Positions 38,601-50,447 of a stretch of 64,000 nucleotides of DNA are shown here, piece by piece. Position 1 is the stretch's first letter. Each line of letters opens with the position of its first letter. Made by a program: the position numbers and the translations under genes. The stretch is from Mytilus californianus (taxonomy: Eukaryota), in contig NW_026262593.1 of NCBI RefSeq assembly GCF_021869535.1, positions 45,446,001 to 45,510,000 of the forward strand, given 5' to 3'. Under the pieces are notes generated by a model. It searched no databases. It saw only the letters and a program-made list of their open reading frames with translations, and was not told the origin of the DNA.

Positions 38601-41600
38601 CAATAGTCGTTGATTTTTAGTGTCTTATATAGTCGGAGAAAATTGAATTTACGAGCGAATTATCTTTGAACGCACCGCATTGCACTTTCATAGACACGTA
38701 TTTCATGTTGTTGTTTCAGTGAGAGAGAGAAAAATATGATCCCTGTCGAGCGCCTATAGTAATACAGAGGCAACTCGAGCTTATAAGTATGAACGCAGGA
38801 AATTAAACACTTGTTTACCTATCTTCATTGTACTTAAAATATATCTCCTTAAGATAAGTCCTTACAAGATTTGCAATATTTACAGGTTGTAATAATCAGA
38901 ACAAGGAAAGTTTGTGAAATGTTATTTTAGTATGTCATATTCTTCAACAGAATAGATAAGATATTATATGATTGTTTTGATTAAAAATACCTGTCCAGTA
39001 TATATTCAGTTAAACCCAACCGTCTTCATCGAAAACTACGGAGATAACCTCTTATGCCAACGTACCCAATGAAATAGATTGGAACAAGTTGAAAAAAAAT
39101 GTAGGTATTCTCTTTTTTAAGGACAGTAAATGATTCTTTTACAAAAAGTTAATATAACGAACAATACCAAAAAACAATTTTTACAAGACTTAAAAACAAA
39201 TACCGTCTATCCAGCGCCAGACGCCTTCTTTACCCTTGTCTGTAGCACCAATCCATACATTTGCTGCATTCCAATGTTCCAATTTTAAAGAATCCAAAAT
39301 GAACTTTTCTTTTGCACTATCTTTTATTGTTACTAAATCTCCTCCTAGGTTCTTGCAGCTTTTATGGGCATCGTCCCATGACAATTCATTTTCGACAAAC
39401 AGTAAACATACATCTGTATACACACGTACGTGTTTCAAAGTCTGAATTCTTGTTGGACATGTTGATAAATCTACAGAAAAAAAATGCGTCAATGAAAATA
39501 TAATTTTATAATATTATAAGAAAAGTTGAAAACTAAATATTACAGCATTTATTTAAATGCGGCTTTGCATGATTTTCATAACGTGACATGACATCATAGC
39601 CAAACTTCGACACAGGACACCTTACATTGTGATGATAATAATAACACGATTGTTCGTAAACAATTCAATTTAAACGAAAAAAAAAACATAGCCTTAGTCG
39701 TAGAAACACATACTGTTTATACCTTTGTTAGAGGTCGGCCACACTCAACACATATGCTCTAATGAGTATCCATTATAATGAATGCGAATTCAGAAATACA
39801 AAACGCGCGTTATCCGTAACGTCATGCCAGTACTTGGCTGGTGATACCCCGAGGACTAACAGTCCACCAGCAGAAGTACTAGTATCACCTAAATTAAAAT
39901 TTACGACACCTACAAATGAAATGTCCTTGGGCAAAGATAACCTAATACACACGCTCTCGCTCCATATAACATTTACTTGTCGTGTATATATATACATGTA
40001 CCATAGGTTATTGATGGAGTGTGTAATATTTTTATCAAACAGACCTTCTGATTCTTGATATAACATGAGTATATATTACTAATTTAAATATTAAACAGAT
40101 GCCATCTTATATTGGGCAGTGTTAATAACGATAATTCTTGTGTTACATTGTATATATATTCGGTCAACACATGACATCGCACAACTAATCGAATTCTCCG
40201 AATTCTATAGATCTATATATGCATTTTCCCCTTTGCATGTCCATCGTGGCCTTGAGTTTTCGTGGTGAAAGTTAATGCAGTACCAGTGGCGGATCCAGAA
40301 CTTTTCATAAAGGGGGGGGGGGGGGGGCACTGACTGCCATAAGAGGGGGCCCCGCTACAGTCATGCTTCAGTGATTTCCTATATAACCAACCAAATTTTT
40401 CCCACAAAAAGGGGGCCTCCATGATATTAGTACTACCAAATATTGGCACAAGTTCTGTCATTCTTTTTTTTTTTTGAATATGTGAAATTTGAGGACGCAG
40501 ATATATTTTTTTTTCTCGCCAAAAATTCATACTTTAAAAATCTCGATGACATCGTTCTCATTTTCCTTCTATACAGAATAACATTGTAACCAACACAACG
40601 TACACATGATGTACCTGTAGAAAACGTATTTCAAACGGGATAGCACACCCAAATTTTTACGTGAATGTTGTTTACCGAGACCGTAAATTTACATACGATC
40701 CGGGTAAACTTATCGATCCTTTCAATAAACTTATCATAAAAGGTTACCAATTCAATACTGTAATTAGGTCATGCATATTGTTTTTATTTGTATTAATATT
40801 GATTTTGTTATCAGTATACTAAAACCATACTAAATATTATTGTTATACACATATGCACATTCACGGTACTAAAATCTGCCGACACCTATTTTTGGCATTG
40901 CACAAGGTCGTGATTTTCTCTGACTCTTAATGACGTCTTTACACTTAATCCATTGTATGTTGGATGTGTACTGATTGATATTCTAGTCTTAGATACATGA
41001 TTTTTTCATTAGTTTTTACTGATTTTGAACTAGCTGCCACTCTGGTCTTTCTTTGTTGTGGGATGTATAAATACGCTGCCAAGTCCGATCTGTGTTTCGT
41101 TAGATGTTTCCTGCTTTATATTGATCTGATGAGTTAAGCCTTGCAAATTTGCAGATTTAATATTGTTGTGCTGATATTTAGAGTAATTATGAATATAATA
41201 TGTGTTTTCAGTCGTGTATCACCAATGGATGGATCTGTCGTAGAGTTGTCACTTGTTCAGACGTACTTATATATATATTTATATATGATGTAAATAAATA
41301 ATAACAATAAAAAGATGTGGTATACCAAATCTTTTTATTGTTACTATTACATCATATGGGTAACTTCTTTTTTAACATATCAATTTAACGTTCTATATCT
41401 TATTTGAAAAGCATGTTAAGAAATATGGTTGTGTTCACTTTAATGAAATTCTTAACACTACCTTAATTGAGAACATTTGTATAGCTTTTACTGAAATAGC
41501 AATATGATCATCACTAAAAATAAAAACATATGAACGTGAACAACGTTTCCAGTATAACGAAAGAAAACAAGATACATCATTAATTGTAAATACATTTTGT

Positions 41601-41708
41601 AAAACGTTGCTGAAATTAAAGGAAATATTAATAATTATTACCTGATTGACAATAGACTTGATGACAAATGCCAATTATAACGAGTACAGTTATGAACTGT
41701 GTCATCAT
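35627..41708 (-). CDS. CTL-4: secreted C-type lectin with mucin tail ending IIGRKRRL (4 exons, 288 aa)
   Basis: Exons (minus) 41708-41642 (signal MMTQFITVLVIIGICHQVYCQS), 39470-39204, 37405-37214 and 35967-35627. GT-AG phase 1. Closest paralogue of CTL-3. Confidence 0.9.
36114..36655 (+). mobile_element. 5'-truncated retroelement fragment, probably Penelope-like (RT C-terminal region plus 3' tail)
   Basis: Open frame IPAAPAYGVYISQLIRYSRACVSYHDFLDRGLLLTRKLLSQEF..KLKSSLRKFYGRHHELVDRY resembles the post-RT region of Penelope-like elements. It is followed by the tail repeated elsewhere in the window. Antisense in CTL-4 intron 3. Confidence 0.65.
38140..38395 (-). mobile_element. Degenerate hammerhead-containing (retrozyme-type) monomer
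   Basis: The minus strand reads CTGGTGAATCTTTGGTAGACTAAACACTCGTCTGTAGT, a mutated form of the core at 62270-62330. It is followed by the AGAGCATT..GACCCAAAATTCC..GCTAAGGTAATCTAT body. Confidence 0.5.
40263..40420 (+). mobile_element. Fragment of CAGTGGCGGATCCAG-ended non-autonomous DNA element
   Basis: CAGTGGCGGATCCAGAAC terminus with a poly-G tract. The opposite terminus is not evident. Confidence 0.45.
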
Positions 41709-43799
41709 GATAAGTAAGAGTTTAATACAATAAATTAGATAATGCAGTATCAAGATTTCATGTCGCTAAGTGCATACATGACGCCATTGTACACATATAC
41801 ATGCACGATTATTATCTTTAAGATCTACTTTTCGTACTTCAAGATTTGATAAATTCAGATTAACACGAACAAAAAAAGAATTTATAGATAATGACTATTA
41901 TGGCCTTGACCAAAAAATTGTTTGAAAAATATCTTTCTTCTAGTAAGTTTCTGTAAAATATTATCATGAAGATATTTCAAATTAAAATACTCATTTATTT
42001 CCATATCATAGAATTAGGCAAAATGCAGAATAAAGCTGGCGTGTCCTGCTGTTTTAATGTTGAGAAATGAGATTGAATACCTTCATTTTACCGTCATGGG
42101 CGTATTGCATTTGCACCAATTTTTGAAAAAATGCAATATCTTATTCGCACCACAGGGTTGTTTATTATTTTCGCCAAAAATGAAACACTGCGTTGCAACA
42201 ATTTACAGGTAAAACATAACGGATACGTTTTGCTATAAGTTGTAGAAGATAACAACTGCTCAACTAACAGATTAACCCTCTTTTCACAGTTCCAAATCTT
42301 TAGCACTGGTGAAAGGTAATACGCAGCTATATCAGTCACAACAAGGGTCGATAACTCTTTTGCTACGGATCGGATGAGGGTCGATAAGTTTGTGATATTT
42401 ACATTAGGTCAAATATCGATAAAAATTTTGTCATCTAAAATTTGTGAAAAAAATCAAAATGTCCAATATCGATTGTATTGAGTTTACGACAGACTTATTT
42501 TTTTTTTTTATTCAAATGACAAAGTTGACACACAGAAAACAATAAAAAAAATACGATGTATTTTACTATTATATTAATAAAAATAATAATGTTAAAACAT
42601 TAAATTATTTGTTTTAAATATTATTGTTAAGATACATTGTTTATTTAGTGTTGTGATAGAATTTATTAACATTGGACAAAATGTGTTGTATTTACATTGA
42701 AACTATGCAAAATAACTTTGTACACGGAATGATTGTAACAAGTACTGGTTATTTTGTTTGGCATTCGTTTCTTGCATAATACCGAAATAATTGCGTCATG
42801 TATCTATAAATAAGAAGAAGTGGTATGATTGCCAATGAGACAACTCTCCATACAAGTCACAAATTATAAAAAGTTAACAATTATAGGTCAAAGTACGGCC
42901 TTCAACACGGAGCCTTGGCTCACACCGCACAGCCAGCTATAAAAGGCCCCGAAATGACTAGTGTAAAACAATGCAAACACATGTTTTGACCATTGTCATA
43001 ACTTTGTCTGAGATTTCATAGTAATCTCTGTCATTTTGTATAACACAGATGTTTTAAAAAGGAATAGACTGTAAAACGTTTATATCTTTTGCATCTTATA
43101 AAAACTATTATCAAAATTAACTTAAACATGGTCAAAACATGCAATATTCAGAAATTCGGCATAGCATTTAGATAATGAAAACAGTAAATTTTATATGTAG
43201 TATAAACACGGAACACAGCCGCCATTTAAAAAATTTGGGACATCGACATAATTTTTTTTTTCTTTTTTTCAATCGTTTAGGGACGTAAATTGCAATCAAT
43301 TTAAACTTTTAAAAGTTGCATACATTGCTAGATCAGGTATCATACATGTAATAGGGGGATTTATGAAGTTGATATATATAGAGACGTGGAGTTGCCGATT
43401 TTACAATAGAGGTTACTGGATGACGACGAAAAAAAGAGGGCTATTTACAATTTATCAGGGACGTAGTTTAATCGAAATTTAAACTGTCAGGACCAACATC
43501 TTCTGAACACCAAGGAAAAAGCTGCAAAAGGTAGAAAATGGGTCGGATTAACGAACAAAAGGGTTTTTTGTAGGGCCTATGCAATTTCTATCAGACAACT
43601 TGAAGGAAGATGGCGGATTGCCACGTCATGAAAGTCACGTGATGTCTTACTTAGTTTGATATAACATCAGACAATAGTCGAAAAAATTAGGCAGCACCAT
43701 TATACCCCTCTTATCTTGTCCATCACATTATTAGTGATTACTCAACTAAATATTTTCAAGCTAGTCTATAAATGTCAAGCTCGATCTTTATCATTAACC

Positions 43800-46700
43800 A
43801 TTCAAATGTTCGAGTGACGGAAGTCCTAGCCACTCAGCTTAAAGTATACAGACTGAGATAGACCAGTCAGTAAGTAAATTTTTATCTTACTATCAGCAAA
43901 TGCCTTTGATACAAAAACTAACCCAGGGCACAGAATCCCCAAATAGTCTTGAAGTACTTGTGGCAAGGATGTGACTTGGAATACCAGAGCAGTCTGCTTC
44001 AATATTTGCGTTATACTATTAAACGGTTCCACATAGAAGGCCAACACATCCACACAGATGTTTTCAGATTCATGGATGCTAGTAATGTGTCTTGGGAATG
44101 TGTCAACTGTGGCATGCCAAATATTATCTGCGTTATTGAACTCCAACTTTAGTATTAGAACAGAAAATCACAAGTTTATCTGGTCAGTAGCCCCCGCGAA
44201 GTACCGGTGACAGCCTCATCAACAAAATGAAATGAAAAAGTCAAGATATTCCATCAAAATCAACCTTCTCTAAACCTAAGAGACCAATAATAGTAGTTTA
44301 CATTAACTTTCAGTATAATTGTAACAAAAAACCAGAAATTGACGAAATTATTAACTATACTGTAAAACCTGATATAATTACAGGTACTGAAACTTGGCTG
44401 AATCCAAATATACCATTTCATGAACTTTTTCCACCAAACCTTTACAAAAAAGTCAACGCATACAGAAAAGACAGATTGATCAAGGAAAACGTCATGGCGG
44501 AGTTCTAGTTGGTATTACTAAAGCTTTTATAAGCTCAACAATAGATGAATTCCTAACAGATTGTGAAAGCGCGTGGACTGGAATAAACATTTCTTGCACA
44601 CAAAACAATCGTTTTCGGATGATATTACCGTCCACCTCAGACGATGGAACATCATTTAAAAATTTAAATATTTTCTAACCAAAATTATAAACATCTCCAA
44701 CTCCAACATATGGCTTGAAGGTGACTTTAACTTAGGTCATATCAATTGGTCTATTCAATCATTTTTTGCTTGGAAACCATAACCAAAACTACACCAACAA
44801 CGTCTAGACATAGCCTTCGATCCTTGTTTACAACAAACAGTAGACAAGTTAACACGCAAAGACAGAACCTTAGATTTGTTCTTCACTAATTGAAGAAGCA
44901 TAAAATTTGACCTTCTTGAGATATAAACAACAATACAAGAACAATAAAAATATAGCAGTGTAGATAAATTATGTAGTCTTTTTAGGTAGGCCTATTAAAA
45001 TCTTCCGAGGAAAACGTACCACACAAAACGATCACCTAGAAACATAGATTACCTTGGGTAACAGATAAACTGCGTAAGATCAAAAACAAACGAAAAAACT
45101 AAGCTTATAGAAAAAGGAAAAAAAAAAGATCATGAAAAGTATAAAAAATCGAAGCACACAGCGCCAAAAAATTACTTTCAGATGAAGAGCAGCAATAAAA
45201 GCGCTGTTCCTCTGTTTTTTGTGTGTTTTTGCTGTGCATGTACTGATTTCGTGTCATGGATGGATACCCCATATATTTTGTTTTCTATTAGAATATTGGA
45301 AATACTTACATTGAAAAAAAATGATCTGTGATATACCAATAAATGAACCGGGGCAATATAAAACATCAAAAACAAAAACAAAAAAATCTTTTCATTTATA
45401 TCAAAATTCTGGTGTTGCACATTAAAAAAAAGATAGCAAGCTTTTCAAAGACACAGAGGAAAAAGCAAATATTTTAAATCAACAGCGTCAGTCTGTATTT
45501 ACTAATGAAAAAGATAACATGATCACAGACAAAGGTAGAAGCCCAAACCCTCAAATACAAACATAGAACTAAGCGTACGGTGACCTATAGTTGTTAATTT
45601 CTGTGTCATTTGGTCTCTTGTTGAGAGTTGTTTCATTGGCAATCATACCACATCTTCTTCTTTATATAACAATCAGTGAATTCGAAGCAGGCATCGCCAA
45701 AGTATTGTCAGACCTTAATCCACATAAATCTTGTGGACGAGTTAGCAGCAATGGCCGGTCCTTAAAGCACAAAAGGAACAAGTTTTATTTTAAAAGTCTC
45801 GAGAAACTGGAAAAACATCTAAGGATTGGAATCATGCAAATGTAGCCCCAGCTTTCAAGAAAGGAGAAAAATATAATTCCGTAGATAACAGGCCAATATC
45901 TTTAACCTGTATATGTTGGAAGCTCATAGAGTATATCATTACCAGTAGTATAATGTCTCACCAAGAAAAACATCATATAGTATAAGATCTTCAGCATGGT
46001 TTTAGAACATCACAAGGTATTGTGAAACATAACTTATCGATTTTATTCAAGAAGTGCCACACACCAACAAGGGTAACTCTCAAACTGACTTAATCACAAT
46101 GCACATCGCTAAAGCGTTCGACAAAGATTCACATTGTCGCATCCTTTATAAGCTAACTACAATTGAATACAAAATGACACACTTAATTGGATTCAGGCAT
46201 TTCAACATGACATAAAATAAACAGTCGTCATCAATGACATTTCTTTCTTCTCAGTACCCGTACCATCTAGTGTACTCAAGGAACAGTATTATTTTATTGA
46301 AATTTTATGTGACTGTCATACAAGTGAAAGGGATTAGCTAACTATAAAACCGGGTTTAATCCACCATTTTCTACATGAGGAAATGCCTGTACCAAGTCAG
46401 GAATATGACAGTTGTTTTCTATTCGTTTGATGTGTTTGAGCTTTTGATTTTGCCATTTGATAAGGGACTTTCCGATTTGAATTTTCCTCGGAGTTCGGTA
46501 TTTTTGTTATTTTACTTTTCACGTCTAATATTGTTACTTATCTAAATGAATAACCTCCTGAATTTTCAGAACACAGTAAGCTTAGACTCTTTGCGGTTTT
46601 TGATTAATTTAAGAGTCAGCAGTACGAATGATGTCAGATTGGCTTATGGCATTCCACCCCAATAAATGTACCATTCTTATCATCTAACAAAAAAAATACT

Positions 46701-48790
46701 TACAGGAATATTAACATCCCTCATATTCTCGAATCAGTAACATCTGAAAAATATCTCGGCATCACCCTACAATCTAATCTTAAGTGGAAGACACATATAG
46801 ACAATACAGTATCAAATGGGAATAAATCTATGGCAAGCCGTTCTCGTCAAAACTATGTTTAAATCATTTTTTCGATAAAATTACACACTGAGAATTAAAA
46901 AAAAACACACTGAGATTTAAGAACCTAAAATAACACAAATCGAAATTACACACTGAGATTTTAAAATTACAGACCGAGATTTAAAAAAATGAAAAACACG
47001 CACTGAGAATTTAAAATTACACACTGAGAATTTAAAAAGACACACTGAGATGAAATAAATTGAAAAAACACACACTGAGAATAGTTAATTACACAATGAG
47101 ATTTCAAAAAATACACACTGAGATTAATATGCAAATTACTAATGAATATTCATGAGATGAAAAATTCAACAGATTAATATTTTGGTCTCCCGAACTCTTG
47201 TCATCATAATGAAATGCGGTTCCTACAACCAACATTCGTAATAAATTTCAAGACTTAACAACTTGTTTTGCTAACTCATATTCATAAGTTTGTTGCCTAT
47301 AATTCAGATTATTACTAACAGTATATCGGGATTTTTTGCTTAAAACTGTTTAAGCATGGTCCCTTTTCAAAAGTCTTTCAACTGTTTCCCTGATATCGCA
47401 CTTGTAATCTTTTATATTTTTGTTACGTTTATATGCTATAATAGGCACTTGGGAAAAAAAATCACTGCATTGTTTGTATTTTTGCAGATTGTTCCAATGT
47501 GTTCTTTTAATTTTAATAAAGTTTTTCACCATTTGGTTATATTTTGTAATGACAGTAAGTGGGTATTTTTCTTGTTCTATTGGTCTTTAATAGCGTAGTT
47601 TTTCTATCCGTTGTATTTTTAATGTTTTATATAAAACATTTAGCGCCAAATTGAAGGACTAACGAGTTCTGTCCCCAAGTTGTTTTAAGCTTGTAATAGA
47701 TTCAAAAGTATGCTAATTAGATATATGCGCATAAAAAGTGCGCACAAATGTCAGTGTATAATTTTAAATTCTCAGTGTGTAGTTTCAAATTCTCAGTGTG
47801 TGTTTTTCAGTTTATTTCATCTCAGTGTGTCTTTTTGAAATCTCATTGTGTAATTTTCAATTCTTAGTGTGTAATTTTCAATTCTCAGTGTGTGTTTTTC
47901 ATTTTTTGTAAATTCAGTGCGTTTTTATGAAATCTCAGTGTGTAATTTTTTATTCTCAGTGTGTGTTTTTATGTTTTTTAATCTCAGTGTGTTTTTTTTA
48001 AATTCTCCGTGTGTAAATTTTTCGAAAAATGGTTTAAACATAGTTTTGGCGAGAACGGCTTGCCATATAAATCACTTGGTTTTCTAAAACGAAATTAAAA
48101 ATCTCAAACCCTGATATAAAATCCAGAGCATATAACTAGTACTACCCAAACTAGAATATAGTTGTAGTGTCTGGGACCCACATATGAAAGACCAACAGCT
48201 TAAACTTGAAACAGTACAAAGACGAGCGGCTCGCTACGTACACATCAACTACGAGTACACGAGCAGTGTCACAAACATGTTATACCAGTTGAAAAGGCCA
48301 CCACTAGTTGAGAGATGATTAAATGCTCGACTTATTTAATTTTATAAATTGATACCCTGCCTTATAGCATTCCAACGCATGTTCTTGAATAAACCGACAA
48401 TAGAACAAGACAAAACCATACTCGGATATACAGACACATCCAAACTTCCTATGAAACATTCAGATTGTCGTTCCTCACTTGCATAATCATACAATGGAAC
48501 TTGCTCCCTCAGACTATCATTGAAACCACTTCTGTTGACAGCTTCAGATATCAGCTAATAACAGCTGTGTTTTCCTGTTTCAAATAACCACATTTAACCC
48601 AAAACATGAACATAAAAGATATTATTTTAATCACAATCTGTTTATTCAAACACTTACATGACTTAAATTGTTATTAAGTTATAATTACTAATTTGTTTAA
48701 ATTTTCGCCAATCACGCACACACAACAATATGTAGTCTTCAGTATTTAAGCCTTGTTGACACAAAGAAGAAGAAGAAAGAGATGAAGAAG
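43800..48790 (+). mobile_element. Decayed near-full-length CR1/L2-group LINE (2A-like motif, PHD-like finger, APE endonuclease, RT) with nested insertions
   Basis: Broken frames give TCGKDVTW..AVC / SWECVNCGMPN, then PDIITGTETWLNP and GGVLVGI (APE), RPISLTCIC.KLIE and QHGFR (RT), and LEYSCSVWDPH. Ends in a (GAA)n tail near 48770. Many stops and frameshifts. Confidence 0.85.
46829..48067. mobile_element. Non-autonomous DNA transposon with TATGGC termini, ~300-bp TIRs and 6-bp TSD TAAATC (IS3EU-like signature), inserted in the LINE
   Basis: TATGGCAAGCCGTTCTCG.CAAAACTATGTTTAAA occurs at both ends, inverted. Subterminal ACACACTGAG repeats. TAAATC at 46823-46828 and 48068-48073. Removing it restores LINE frame GNKSLGFLKRN. 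Confidence 0.88.
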
Positions 48791-49942
48791 ACACGAATTT
48801 AAAACAATTTGGGAAGAAATTAAAAAGAAAATTTCATCTGCTATCAACACCAAATGTTGAACTTCTACAATCTAGACATTACCATTGGTGGCCTTGGGCT
48901 GTTTTCTGCGTTTTGGTCGGGTGGTTGTCTCTTTTACACATTCCCCGTTGACTTGGGACAGGCACAGGATCATGTGTCAGATATAAATTAGTTTTTATTC
49001 GATCTTGATCATTCCCTTTTTATTATGCAAACGAGAAGGATAAAAAATACTTGATAAAAGTTAACTTTCCTTGTACTATAAAAGGTAATTTTTAATTATG
49101 ATATGACAACACGGTAAATTTAAATTCTTGCAGACGTTTAATTGTTTTCTGTTAAAGAAAGGCATCTTAAAGACACAAGTTGTTCAATATATTTTTGTTT
49201 ATGTAATAAACTCTGAATATGTTCAATTATAACTGTAGGATTGAGCACAATGCGTTAAGTGGCAAATATTTCAATCATATTTAGGACGGACAAAGTTTAG
49301 ATTTATGATTACTGTACATATATTATACAAGAAGCCATAATGATTTGATGTAATATTTTAGTTTCATACAAGTTTTAGAAAAATGATTGATTTAATTATA
49401 CAATTAGATACACTACCAACATATTACATAGCTTGCATATATTGTAATCCAACAACTACCGGTACTGTAATGGTTCAGTGTTATTCAGCAGAGAAAATTG
49501 AATGAGATTAATAGTTTTAAATCCTATCAAAATACATTAAGTCTGTAACCACTGTAATCACTCTGTTTTTCATGATGACAGAATGGCAATTCTTATTTTT
49601 TCAATCGTGCCATTGATACTCAAATATTCTAATTCAACAAAAATTTACTTAATTTTCAAGACAGAATAAACTAAAATGCATTTTCCTTAACTGAAAATTT
49701 AATAGTGTATAACCCTGTTTGTAGTTTCTACATTAATTTTAATTGTTCTTTTCTTTCCATTATTCATAACTGCATATGTACCATTAACAGTTTTGCAACC
49801 AAATGTAAGGCAAATATATTCTGTGCATATTAAGAAAAATGCATCTAAATGTATAACACTGTGTCCAAGCTACCCCGGCAAAAAATGTTTCTACTCCTCC
49901 ATTTTTTATTGTGATATAACATTTTCTACAACTGTTCTAGAT

Positions 49943-50237
49943 TAAAGGAGCAATAAGTCAAAAGCACGGCGAAATGATGATCTAGAGGCTAGGATGAAAT
50001 TTGAAAAAAAAGGCAGGACAAGAGTTTTGAGTAAAAAAAAGGCAGGATGAGTAACTTGGCAAAAAAAGGCAGGATGACAATTTATGTTATAAAATAGTCA
50101 GGATAAACTAATAAAAAAAAAGGCAGGACCGAATAGAATGAAAAATAAAAATGCAGGACAGAGATTACAACCAAAAAAAAAATGCAGGACAAAATGTTTC
50201 ATCCTAGCCCAATAAAAATCAAATGGTAGCTCCCTTA
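49943..50237. mobile_element. Short non-autonomous element with TAA(A/G)GGAGC ends and internal AAAAAAGGCAGGA repeats
   Basis: Short inverted termini, an inner CTAGGATGAAA/TTTCATCCTAG inverted pair, and about 7 internal GCAGGA/TCAGGA repeats. Confidence 0.65.
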
Positions 50238-50447
50238 CGATGTACCTGTTCTATTATATTACATAATGTACCAGACTGAGTGAAGACCATGTGGATCATA
50301 TGCAATGAAAGAACTATAAATCCAGATATTTGTGCCGTTATTTCACTATATTCACTTTTGAACACGGATATATAAAATGGCACAGGTTGGTCGGAAAATA
50401 TAAAGCACTTAACAAGTTAAAGTCTTTTCAAAATGATTAAATTGTCA

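Noticed and set aside
41120-41160. CTGATGAG motifs here and at about 63124 as hammerheads
   Set aside because: No stem II closure or GAAA follows; they are part of another dispersed repeat.
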